Of a stretch of 64,000 bases of DNA, positions 17,817 to 25,975 are shown piece by piece; within the stretch, counting starts at the first letter, position 1; every line of letters starts with the position of its first letter. This DNA is from a virus: positions 1-64,000 of the IMG/VR virus record IMGVR_UViG_3300048592_000616; one strand, given 5' to 3'. Under the pieces are notes generated by a model. The model did not search any database, was not told the DNA's origin, and saw nothing but the letters and a program-made list of their open reading frames with translations. Position numbers and translations under genes: made by a program.

Positions 17817-17855
17817 GGTTGCGGATGGTTGCGAAGTCGGCCGGTTGGTTGCGGA
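17817..17855. promoter_or_regulatory. GGTTGC-N4-GGTTGC direct-repeat site upstream of the endolysin -10
   Basis: ggttgc-ggat-ggttgc...; minus-strand TGaTACAAT at about 17804-17812; similar over about 39 bp to 44379-44417. Confidence 0.6.
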
Positions 17856-17947
17856 TTTGGGCAGCGGCCGCCCGGCACATGAACCTTACCTATACGAAGG
17901 AACAGACCGCAACCGGCGCGAACCGGGAAGTTGATGGTTGCAGTTGG

Positions 17948-17994
17948 TTGACAAGGGGTGCAGGTTATGGTATGATACTGTCATACTAAACGAC
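17948..17994 (+). promoter_or_regulatory. Promoter family copy B with palindromic operator
   Basis: TTGACA-17-TATGAT; GTATGA-tactg-TCATAC. Confidence 0.8.
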
Positions 17995-18020
17995 AGGCAC
18001 CCGCCCTAAAGGAGACCGAG

Positions 18021-18368
18021 ATGAGCCAGTTTTTCTACACCATAGCTTCCTACCGCAGCGTTGATGAGTTGAGCGGCCGTGAGGCGGCGCAGATCGCCGA
18101 TGAGAATTGCACCGACTGCCACGGCGAAGGCCGGTACTACCAGGACGGCGACTGGGTGCCGTGGGGCAACGGCTGGGACAAGACCCCCGATGGCTACTGC
18201 ATCTGCGGGTGTGTCGCCGAGGCATGGGAGACCATGGCCGCGGAACTGAGCGAATTCGAGGACACCTGCGACGATGACGGCCCGTGGTCGCCGCGGATGC
18301 TGTACCTGATGGAGCGGTACGGTGATGAGGAGCAGCAGGCGGCCGCCCGCGCCCTGCTGACCGCGTAG
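18021..18368 (+). CDS. Cys-rich hypothetical protein
   Basis: AAGGAG RBS; CTDC...CICGC. Confidence 0.65.
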   Translation: MSQFFYTIASYRSVDELSGREAAQIADENCTDCHGEGRYYQDGDWVPWGNGWDKTPDGYCICGCVAEAWETMAAELSEFEDTCDDDGPWSPRMLYLMERYGDEEQQAAARALLTA

Positions 18369-18452
18369 CAGTTTCGGGGCGGCCCCTGCGGACCGCCCCA
18401 CCCTATCAACCCAGCGGCCGCGGGCGGCCGCACAACAACAACGGAGGCAACG

Positions 18453-18674
18453 ATGGTTTTCAAGTATTGGTTCGACTTTGTAGTGACCGATGAGAACGGC
18501 GAGGAGTACGCCGCCTTGTTCCCGGTTGACATTGAGGCGTCTTCGGCGACGATGGCCGAGGCCCAGATGGCCGCCCTGTGGCGACATCACCTGTTGCCCG
18601 TGCTCCCGTCCGGCCGCGTGGGCGGCGGCTACTATCGCGAGGGCGAGTTGCCGGAGGGGTTCGAAGATGACTAG
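18453..18674 (+). CDS. Hypothetical protein
   Basis: GGAGG RBS. Confidence 0.6.
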   Translation: MVFKYWFDFVVTDENGEEYAALFPVDIEASSATMAEAQMAALWRHHLLPVLPSGRVGGGYYREGELPEGFEDD

Positions 18675-18921
18675 GGCAACCGAGTGGCGCGAGTGCAAGG
18701 ACGACCGCGACTGGGTGACCGTCGCCAAGCGCAAGGGGTACGAGGTCCGGTCGGGCAAGGGATCGCATACGTGCCTGGAGGTTAACGGCCGAAGCATCCC
18801 TGTTCCCAAAGGCGAGACGCGCAAGGGGACCAAGTCGTCTATCCTGCGGTCGCTGGCCGCAGCGGGGGCGATGGTCTTCGCCGGGTTCCTGGTGTTTACG
18901 ATGCTGGCCACGGTCGCGTGA
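18667..18921 (+). CDS. HicA-like protein with C-terminal TM helix
   Basis: KRKGYEVRSGKGSH...IPVP...KGTKSSILR, then a hydrophobic tail. Confidence 0.7.
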   Translation: MTRATEWRECKDDRDWVTVAKRKGYEVRSGKGSHTCLEVNGRSIPVPKGETRKGTKSSILRSLAAAGAMVFAGFLVFTMLATVA

Positions 18922-18933
18922 CCGAGGCATGAG

Positions 18934-18961
18934 AGAAGCCGCTCCAACGAGCGGCTTTTTT
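18934..18961 (+). terminator. Intrinsic terminator
   Basis: aagccgctc-caac-gagcggctttttt. Confidence 0.85.
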
Positions 18962-18972
18962 GTTGGCCGTTA

Positions 18973-19002
18973 TTGACAGTTGTTAAGGCGTGCCGTTATA
19001 AT
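18973..19002 (+). promoter_or_regulatory. Consensus sigma70 promoter
   Basis: TTGACA-18-TATAAT. Confidence 0.75.
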
Positions 19003-19051
19003 TCCAAGTGGGTGTGGTGTAAGCGGCCGCCCGGCCGCGGAGGGTAGAGAA

Positions 19052-19255
19052 TTGGATAACGACGCAGCAGACGACGTAGACGACGGCCGTATGGTGACGG
19101 TCAGCATTTCGGTGGATCAGTCGCTGGTGGACGCTCTGGACGACGAGAAGCGCCGCCAGGACCGTTCGCGCTCGTGGATCGTGCGTCAGGCCATCGCGCA
19201 GTATCTCGAGAAGCAACAGAGCCGCCGAGCGCCGGAGGGTCCGCGCCATGCGTAA
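19052..19255 (+). CDS. CopG/ribbon-helix-helix regulator
   Basis: VTVSISVDQSLVDALD...RSRSWIVRQAIAQYL; TTG start with GGAGG (alternative ATG at 19091). Confidence 0.8.
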   Translation: MDNDAADDVDDGRMVTVSISVDQSLVDALDDEKRRQDRSRSWIVRQAIAQYLEKQQSRRAPEGPRHA

Positions 19256-19628
19256 GGACGGCACGCTCCTACTGGTCTTGTTGGCCCTGGCGCTGGCCGG
19301 GCTGGGGATGATGAGCTTCTCGGCCCGCGGCGCGGCGCAGGACAGCTACACCTACGAGTCGCTCCCCAAGTCCGGCTACCAGATGGTCATAACCTCGCGC
19401 ACGACCGCGGCGGCCGATGACGGCGGCGGTCGCCTGTTGCTGTTGGGCGTGGGGCTGATGGCGTCGGTCGTCGTGTTTCTCGGCGGCTCGCTGTTGGCGA
19501 TGAACGGCGGGGCGAAGGTCTTGAAGGAGTTTCGGCTGACGCGCCGCGCCCAGCGCCGGTCGTCCCGCGCCCCGGCCGCGCCCGGTCGCCTGCCCGCCCT
19601 GCCGTCGCTGTACGAGGACACACCATGA
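19248..19628 (+). CDS. Membrane protein
   Basis: Two hydrophobic helices; coupled to neighbours. Confidence 0.65.
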   Translation: MRKDGTLLLVLLALALAGLGMMSFSARGAAQDSYTYESLPKSGYQMVITSRTTAAADDGGGRLLLLGVGLMASVVVFLGGSLLAMNGGAKVLKEFRLTRRAQRRSSRAPAAPGRLPALPSLYEDTP

Positions 19629-21250
19629 CGCGCAGCCGCCTCCTCGCGCTACTGACGTTGTTGGCGCTGTTGGGCGTCGGCTGCGGCGGCGCGGCGACAA
19701 CCACTCCCGGCCAACAGCCGCCGATGGTCTTCTACTCCGACCAGGCGGCCGTCGATGCCCAGGCGACGCTGGCGGTCTACGCTTTCCAGGTGACGGCCGT
19801 CGCCCAGGCCACCCAGGAGGCCCAGCAGCGGGCCGTGGAGGCGACCAGGGCTGTCCAGCAGGCAACGGCCGACGCGCAGGCCATCGCGGCCCAACAAGCC
19901 ACCGCCCAGGCCGTCCAGGCCACGTCTACGGCGCAGTCTATGGCGATGGTCGCCACGGCGACGGCCGATGCGCTGTCGGCGCAGGCCACGGTGCAGGCGC
20001 TGACCATCGACGCCACGCGACAGTCGGCGGCCATCGTGGCCACGGCGTCGGCCGAGCAGCGCGCCGCCGATGCCGAGCAGCAGCTGGTGGCGGCCGAGAT
20101 GGCGCGCCTCCAGGTCGAGCAGCAGGCCCGGCAGGCGGCCGTTGAGCGGGCGCGCATGCTGAACCAGATGTTGCCCTGGGGCATTGCGGCGACGGTGCTG
20201 GCGATGCTGGCCGTCGTGGGCGCGGTGCTGTGGCGGATCATCACCCAGGCCCGGCCGCAGCAGGCGGGCGATATGTGGCTGGCCTATGTGGACGGACGCC
20301 CGCACGTCATCGACGTCACGCCGTCGGCCGGGCGGCTGAGTTCGCCCCGCCCGCAGCTCCCGGCGACGACGGGGACCGACAACGACGCCGAGGCGGTGCC
20401 GCTGCTGCGGCCGTCGCGCGGTCATGCCATGTTCGCCGGGCCGACGGGATCGGGCAAGTCCACGGCCATGCGCTACTTCCTGGAGCCGCGGCCGCACGTG
20501 GTCGTCATCGACCCGCACAGTATGCCCGGCGACTGGCCCGGCGCGACGGTGATCGGCGCGGGCCGGAACTTCGACCAGATACAGGGCTACATGCAGTCGA
20601 TGCAGTCGCTGCTGGCCGACCGCTATGAGCAACGCGCCGAGGGCGTGCGCGACTTTGAGAGTATCACCGTCGCCGTGGACGAGATGCCCGCCATCGTGGC
20701 CGCGCTCGGCCGGTCCATCGAGGACATGTGGAAGGAGTGGCTGCGCGAGGGGCGCAAGGTGGGCCTGGACCTGCTCATCTCCACCCAGTCCCTGCGCGTC
20801 AAGACGCTGGGCATTGAGGGCGAGGGCGACCTGCGCGAAAATTTCGCGCTTGTGCTGGCCCTGGGGCAGACGGCGCTACGCGAGTTCCCGGCCCAGGCCC
20901 AGGGGATGCGCTGGCCCGCCGTGATGTACACCCCGCAAAGCGGCCCGCGCCCGGTCATCATCCCGCAAATGCCGGAGACGGCCGTCTCGGTCGCCAACGG
21001 TAACGGCCACACCCGCCCGCCCGTCCGCGAGTGGCCGGTGATCTTGCCCGCCCCGACCAACGACCCCAACAACGTCACGCCGGAAATGCGTCGGCAGATC
21101 GTCCGGCTGGGCCAGATGGGCCACTCCATCTCGGCCATCCAGCGCGCCGTCTTCCCGACCTACTCCAGCAGCGGCGGCCATGCCTTTGCCCGCATCAAGG
21201 ACATCCTGCAGGCCGAAGGCGTTCTGGAGCCGTCCTCGTCGGCCGACTGA
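19625..21250 (+). CDS. Membrane-anchored FtsK/HerA-superfamily ATPase
   Basis: Lipobox-like LGVGC, A/T/Q-rich stalk, TM helix, Walker A GPTGSGKST, VIDPH, VAVDE, REGRKVG, STQS, C-terminal HTH-like segment. Confidence 0.8.
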   Translation: MTRSRLLALLTLLALLGVGCGGAATTTPGQQPPMVFYSDQAAVDAQATLAVYAFQVTAVAQATQEAQQRAVEATRAVQQATADAQAIAAQQATAQAVQATSTAQSMAMVATATADALSAQATVQALTIDATRQSAAIVATASAEQRAADAEQQLVAAEMARLQVEQQARQAAVERARMLNQMLPWGIAATVLAMLAVVGAVLWRIITQARPQQAGDMWLAYVDGRPHVIDVTPSAGRLSSPRPQLPATTGTDNDAEAVPLLRPSRGHAMFAGPTGSGKSTAMRYFLEPRPHVVVIDPHSMPGDWPGATVIGAGRNFDQIQGYMQSMQSLLADRYEQRAEGVRDFESITVAVDEMPAIVAALGRSIEDMWKEWLREGRKVGLDLLISTQSLRVKTLGIEGEGDLRENFALVLALGQTALREFPAQAQGMRWPAVMYTPQSGPRPVIIPQMPETAVSVANGNGHTRPPVREWPVILPAPTNDPNNVTPEMRRQIVRLGQMGHSISAIQRAVFPTYSSSGGHAFARIKDILQAEGVLEPSSSAD

Positions 21251-21271
21251 CCTTATTTCTCGGCCAGGGGG

Positions 21272-21313
21272 TTGACCTGACGGCTGAACTACTGTAGTAT
21301 GCTTATATCGTAC
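21272..21313 (+). promoter_or_regulatory. Promoter with variant operator
   Basis: TTGACC-17-TAGTAT; AGTATGC-ttata-TCGTACT. Confidence 0.6.
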
Positions 21314-21354
21314 TGATAGCAAGGCGAGACAAACGACACAGGAGAACAACACCT

Positions 21355-21696
21355 ATGAGTAGCTATTACACCCGCGCCACGAAGCGCGGACGCGGCACCG
21401 GGCCGACGGCCCGAACGACGATCAGCGGCGACGCGGCAGACTTCCTCTTCCTGCTGCTTTACAGCCGCGGGCTAAACAGCGTGTCCGGCGGCGTGCAGCT
21501 CGTCATGGACGACCTGCTGCAGGGCAACGCGGACGCGCAGCGATACTATGACGCCGCCGAGGCCATGGTCGCCAACGCGGTCGAGATGTGGGCGGCCGAG
21601 AACGGCGGCGAGGAACCGGACCGCAGCCAGCTGTGGCGCTTCATCTCCGACAACCTGGATCGGGTGATGACGTCGGTCAAGGAGACGGCCGACTGA
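21355..21696 (+). CDS. Hypothetical protein
   Basis: AGGAG RBS after the promoter. Confidence 0.65.
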   Translation: MSSYYTRATKRGRGTGPTARTTISGDAADFLFLLLYSRGLNSVSGGVQLVMDDLLQGNADAQRYYDAAEAMVANAVEMWAAENGGEEPDRSQLWRFISDNLDRVMTSVKETAD

Positions 21697-21792
21697 CCCC
21701 GACTCCCACCCCGACTCAAGTCCGACCCGACCCCGACCCCGACTCCGACTGGCCCGACCCCGGCCAACGGCCGTCGGGGTCGGGGTCTTTTT
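21696..21792. repeat. CCGAC(C/T) hexamer-like repeats ending in a terminator hairpin
   Basis: About 8 ccgac units, then complementary gtcggggtcggggtc and a T-run. Confidence 0.65.
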
Positions 21793-21918
21793 GTTATAGC
21801 AGCCCATTGACACGCCAAGTTTGCCCTGCTACCATAAGACTGAACTCACGTGCGCCCACTGTGCGCACAATGTGTATACAATGTGTGTGTGCACTCACTA
21901 CCAAGACGGAGGCAACAA

Positions 21919-22728
21919 GTGAAGGTTAAGATCATTGCAGTGACCAATAACAAAGGTGGCGTCGGTAAATCGACGACGGCCGGGAATGTCGCGGCTGCTC
22001 TCTCCGAGCGGGGGCCGACGCTCATCGTCGATCTTGATCCGCAGGGCAACATGAGTGACTTCTTCGGGGTCAGGGATCGCGTTGGGGATCGGTGCGTCAG
22101 CCGGTTACTGTTGGGACAGGCAACATTGCGGGAAAGCGTTGTCTCGCTGGATCGGCCGGAGGATGGACTAAACCGGCCGCGCCTGTTTCTGCTACCGGCT
22201 AGTGCGGACCTGGAGGAGGCCGGTGAGTCGTTGATCCTCGCGGACTATCAGGCCGCGCGACGCCCCGGCAGTAGAGCGGTCCCGCTAAAGAACTGTCTGA
22301 GCCACTGGTTGGCATCGGCCACGGACGTTTTTCAGTACATCGTCATTGACTGCCCGCCGAAGCTCGACGTGTTGAAAGCGGCCGTTTACCACTTCGCCCA
22401 AGCGTTGGTGGTTCCTACCAAGCCTGACCATTTGAGCATGGTTGGCGTCCGGCAACACACCGAGGACCTGGAGCGTTATCGCGCCGATGGAGCCACGGCT
22501 CGTCTTCGCTACATCTTGCCGACGATGGTTCAGCCGCGGCAAGTCATGGACCGGCAGATGCTGATCGAGTTGATCTCGGTCTACGGTCGGGATCGCATTG
22601 CCGCCCCTATCCCCCTGGCCGTCGCCGTCAAGGAGAGCAGCGGCAGCGGTGGACGCACGATATTCGAGTATCAACCGGATCACGCAGCCGCCAAGGCGTA
22701 TAAGCACCTGGCCGGGAGACTTGCCTGA
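21919..22728 (+). CDS. parA: ParA family partition ATPase
   Basis: NNKGGVGKSTT, DLDPQGN, IDCPP; GGAGG RBS with GTG start. Confidence 0.92.
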   Translation: MKVKIIAVTNNKGGVGKSTTAGNVAAALSERGPTLIVDLDPQGNMSDFFGVRDRVGDRCVSRLLLGQATLRESVVSLDRPEDGLNRPRLFLLPASADLEEAGESLILADYQAARRPGSRAVPLKNCLSHWLASATDVFQYIVIDCPPKLDVLKAAVYHFAQALVVPTKPDHLSMVGVRQHTEDLERYRADGATARLRYILPTMVQPRQVMDRQMLIELISVYGRDRIAAPIPLAVAVKESSGSGGRTIFEYQPDHAAAKAYKHLAGRLA

Positions 22729-23042
22729 TGGATAACCTCTTAGACCAACTCGATAACACCAAGCCAACATCTAGGCAGTTTGACAAGACCGTCTCGACAG
22801 CCAGCGCCACGGCCGTAAAAGCGGCCGTCGGCAGCAAAGGTGCCACCGAAAAGCGAAAGACGATCTATCTCGCCCCGGAGGTGCAGGAATACATCCAGCA
22901 AACGGCTGACGATCTGGGCATTGGCGTGATGGCTTGCTATCGCTTTCTTTTGGTTCTCGGCCTTGAGGCTGTCCAGAATGGGCGGCGGCCGGAAGTGGTA
23001 TCCGTCTCTTCTCGACTGACGACCGACGACTGGCGGCCGTAG
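22728..23042 (+). CDS. Small partition adaptor (type Ib ParG-like)
   Basis: Directly follows parA; disordered N-terminus, then an RKTIYL strand and two helices. Confidence 0.6.
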   Translation: MDNLLDQLDNTKPTSRQFDKTVSTASATAVKAAVGSKGATEKRKTIYLAPEVQEYIQQTADDLGIGVMACYRFLLVLGLEAVQNGRRPEVVSVSSRLTTDDWRP

Positions 23043-23047
23043 ACAAG

Positions 23048-23077
23048 CAAAAGGGCCACCTCGCGGTGGCCCTTTTG
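23048..23077. terminator. Bidirectional terminator
   Basis: caaaagggccacc-tcgc-ggtggcccttttg. Confidence 0.8.
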
Positions 23078-23330
23078 GTGGGGCCGGGCGACCCCACTAT
23101 ACCAACGAACGAACCTTTAGCCGACGGAGGCAGAAGATTCAGGACCACTATACCAGACATCCCCCACCCCCGCCAACCGCATATCATGAGTGCCGCATGA
23201 GTTAAACATTAGCGGCGGGTTATTTTCTGCTATCATGCGGGTCAACGACGATCACACGCTGGAACTTTGTGAAACCGATGGCAACCGAACGGAGGGAAAC
23301 CGATTTGGACAACAAAGGTGAAAGTAAGTT

Positions 23331-23549
23331 ATGGGCCTACAAGGAGTTTCGGTCCCGACGCAACAGCGTGGCCAGTTAGGGGCGAACTGTCGGGAGGCAT
23401 GTTGTTTGGAGACGCTCCAAACGATCTTGACCGCGAGGGAGTTAACGGGGCTGATCGAGCGCCGGGAAAAGACCGCCCAGCTGCAGGCGGCGGTCCTGGC
23501 TGCAAGGGAACGTTTATCGGACGAGTTTGAGAAGTATCGTTTGAACTGA
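23331..23549 (+). CDS. Small hypothetical protein
   Basis: ORF upstream of the regulator; weak support. Confidence 0.4.
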   Translation: MGLQGVSVPTQQRGQLGANCREACCLETLQTILTARELTGLIERREKTAQLQAAVLAARERLSDEFEKYRLN

Positions 23550-23601
23550 GCCGGGGCGGGAGGGAAGCCCACCTTGGCGACAGTGAAAGCAGGGGGTATC
23601 A

Positions 23602-24306
23602 ATGAAGGTTCTGATCGTGGACTCCAACGCGGAGTTCGCAAAGATGGTGGCGGCCGGATTACAGATGTTCGGCCACACGGCCGACGTGGCCCTGACCGCC
23701 GATGAAGCACTGACGCACTTAGCCTCCCTCGAATATTCAATGGTCGTCGTCGGCCTCCCATCGGCCGCCGCGTTTCTCCGCAAGGCCAAGCAGGTCGATG
23801 TCACGTTGTCGGCCGTTGTGTTGGGCCTGTCGCCCAGCGTGGCCGACGTGGTCGAGGTCCTGCGCGGCGGACCCAACGCCCTGGCCATCGACTACATCGT
23901 CAAGCCCGAGCCGCACCTGATCCGGCGCGTGGCTGAGGACATCGACGCCTACTTCACGCGGCTCCATGTGGGCGAGCTGATGGTAGACCGGAAGCTGCGG
24001 CGCGCGTACTGGGCCGGGGAAGAGCTGCAACTGTCGCCGGTCGAGCACGCCATCCTGACCACCTTCGCGATGAAGCCCTGGCAGGACATCACCTACGAGG
24101 AGCTGGCGCAGGCCGTTTACGAGAAGCCCGTCGCCCACGGCCGGGCCATGCGGATGTTGCGCGCGCCGCTTTCCCGGCTCCGCACCAAGCTCTCGGCTGC
24201 GGCCGGGCGGGATGTCATCATCTACGGCTACAACGACGGCAACCGCTTGATCCCGTCATCGCCGCTGTACAAGACGGCGACGGCCGTCACCGACCCAGCC
24301 CCTTAA
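23602..24306 (+). CDS. OmpR-family response regulator with degenerate receiver
   Basis: MKVLIVDS, DYIVKP, LSPVEHAIL, SRLRTKL; no Asp at the end of beta-3 (MVVVGL). Confidence 0.8.
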   Translation: MKVLIVDSNAEFAKMVAAGLQMFGHTADVALTADEALTHLASLEYSMVVVGLPSAAAFLRKAKQVDVTLSAVVLGLSPSVADVVEVLRGGPNALAIDYIVKPEPHLIRRVAEDIDAYFTRLHVGELMVDRKLRRAYWAGEELQLSPVEHAILTTFAMKPWQDITYEELAQAVYEKPVAHGRAMRMLRAPLSRLRTKLSAAAGRDVIIYGYNDGNRLIPSSPLYKTATAVTDPAP

Positions 24307-24506
24307 CCAGCGCCCGGACCAGCACCGGGCGCTGGTCTTTCACCGCTCCCTATTGACATTTGACGTTGGCCGTATTATCATGCGTTTCTGCCGGTTCCTG
24401 ATGGTTGCTAAACCAACACCAGGGATCGACGGGCGGGACCCACAGTAATTGACCTGTTGTTTCAGCATCACTTCCTCGACGGCCCGCTAATAACAATTGT
24501 TAGTGC

Positions 24507-24534
24507 TTGACAAAAGGCCGCTGCGATGTATGAT
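24507..24534 (+). promoter_or_regulatory. Promoter of the rep operon
   Basis: TTGACA-16-TATGAT; palindrome taacaattgtta just upstream. Confidence 0.6.
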
Positions 24535-24542
24535 GATGTAGC

Positions 24543-24645
24543 AAAGAAAAACCCGCTGGTCTGGAAAACAGGCGGGTCTCTTTTGCGAAAACTATAACCG
24601 GGTGCCGGAGGGTTTCACGTTCCTGGCAGCCCGTTGTTGGACGTT
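24543..24645 (-). ncRNA. Putative counter-transcribed antisense RNA in the rep leader
   Basis: Minus-strand TTGACA (24680-75), 17 bp, TGcTATCAT (24657-52); hairpin and U-tract at 24543-24584. Confidence 0.6.
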
Positions 24646-24701
24646 GCGAGAATGATAGCATGCGGCGTCCTCTCTGTCAAGCAATTTCTTAAGGAGACGC
24701 C

Positions 24702-25937
24702 ATGCGCGACGACGGTACAACTACCTTTGTTCGGATGCCCGACAGCTTCGGGTTCACCCAGGTTCCCAACCCAACCGTATACGACGGCCGCCTGCCCTTC
24801 GAGGCGCTGGGCCTGCTGACGCTGCTTCTAGCGAAGTGCGAGCTGGCCGCCAACCGCGGCGGCCGGTGGGAGATACGCAACCGGCACCTGTACGCGATCT
24901 GCAAGGAGCGCAGCGGCTGGGGCCGGGAGAAGACCGACAAGCTGCTGGCGACCTTGACCCGGCTCGGCTACCTGGTCAGCGAGTGCCACCGCGACGGCGG
25001 CCGCTTCGCCTGGACGCGGACGCTCTACAGTTGCCCGATCCTCAACGTCGAGTACATGGCGACGGCCGAGGGCGCGGCGTTTCGCCAGGAGGTCGTCGGC
25101 CGTCACGGCACGGCCAAGGTGGCGCTGCTGGAGGATATCGCCACCGCATACGGCAAACCCGTAGACGGTGGGGACGCCACCATATACGGCTCCACCGGGT
25201 ACGGTGAACCAGTAGATATAACACAGACTCTTAATAACACAGATGATCATATACGCGCGCGCGAGGAAGCGACCGAAGACGCCGCGCCCGAACAAACCGA
25301 ACCGGCCCGACCGGCGGCCGCCTCCAAACCCGAACAAACCGAAGAAGTCGAACAAACCGAACCCGTCTTCACGGCCGAGATGGCCTACCTCGTCAACGCT
25401 TTGGTGGATGTGACCGGCCTGCGGGCGCGGACGGCGCGGGGCGGGTGGACGCGAGCCTTCGAGGAGAGCCACGTCCCGCTGGCCCGCGAGCTGGCGGCCG
25501 CCGGGGTGACGCCCGACCAGGTGCGGGCGTGGTACGGCGATCCGGCCGGGTACTGGTACGCCGGGGACTGGCGCAGCCACGACCGGCTCGGCAAGCCGGT
25601 GCAGCCGCGGCACTGGCAGATCGAGGAGACCTACGGCCGGGCGGAGACGTGGACGGCGGCCGAGGCGAGGCCGGAGCTGGCGCAGCGCCCGCGCGGCGAG
25701 AGCGAGGGCGCGACCCAGTGGGAGCAGGTCTACAACGGCCTGCGGCGCTACGGGTTCCGCAAGTATAGCCAGTGGCGCGACGGCCTCGATGAACGGGCAC
25801 AGCGGGCCGTCTCGGCCATCGGCGGGAGCAACCTGGCGGAGACGCCGGAGAAGGAGATGAACCCGGCCGGGTACAACACCGCCCGCCGGCGGTTCCTGGA
25901 CTTGTACAACGGCGGCACCCTGGCCGCTGCGGACTGA
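24702..25937 (+). CDS. Phage replication initiator (N-terminal wHTH)
   Basis: FTQVPN...LPFEALGLLTLLL, LTRLGYL; internal iterons; directly upstream of dnaB. Confidence 0.75.
   Translation: MRDDGTTTFVRMPDSFGFTQVPNPTVYDGRLPFEALGLLTLLLAKCELAANRGGRWEIRNRHLYAICKERSGWGREKTDKLLATLTRLGYLVSECHRDGGRFAWTRTLYSCPILNVEYMATAEGAAFRQEVVGRHGTAKVALLEDIATAYGKPVDGGDATIYGSTGYGEPVDITQTLNNTDDHIRAREEATEDAAPEQTEPARPAAASKPEQTEEVEQTEPVFTAEMAYLVNALVDVTGLRARTARGGWTRAFEESHVPLARELAAAGVTPDQVRAWYGDPAGYWYAGDWRSHDRLGKPVQPRHWQIEETYGRAETWTAAEARPELAQRPRGESEGATQWEQVYNGLRRYGFRKYSQWRDGLDERAQRAVSAIGGSNLAETPEKEMNPAGYNTARRRFLDLYNGGTLAAAD
25147..25362. repeat. Probable origin iterons inside the initiator gene
   Basis: tacggNNNacc-like repeats, AT-rich patch with ataacacaga x2, and cgaacaaaccgaa at 25289, 25331 and 25349. 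Confidence 0.55.
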
Positions 25938-25975
25938 ACGAACGAACATAGGCAACGACGGAGGCAACGAAACTC

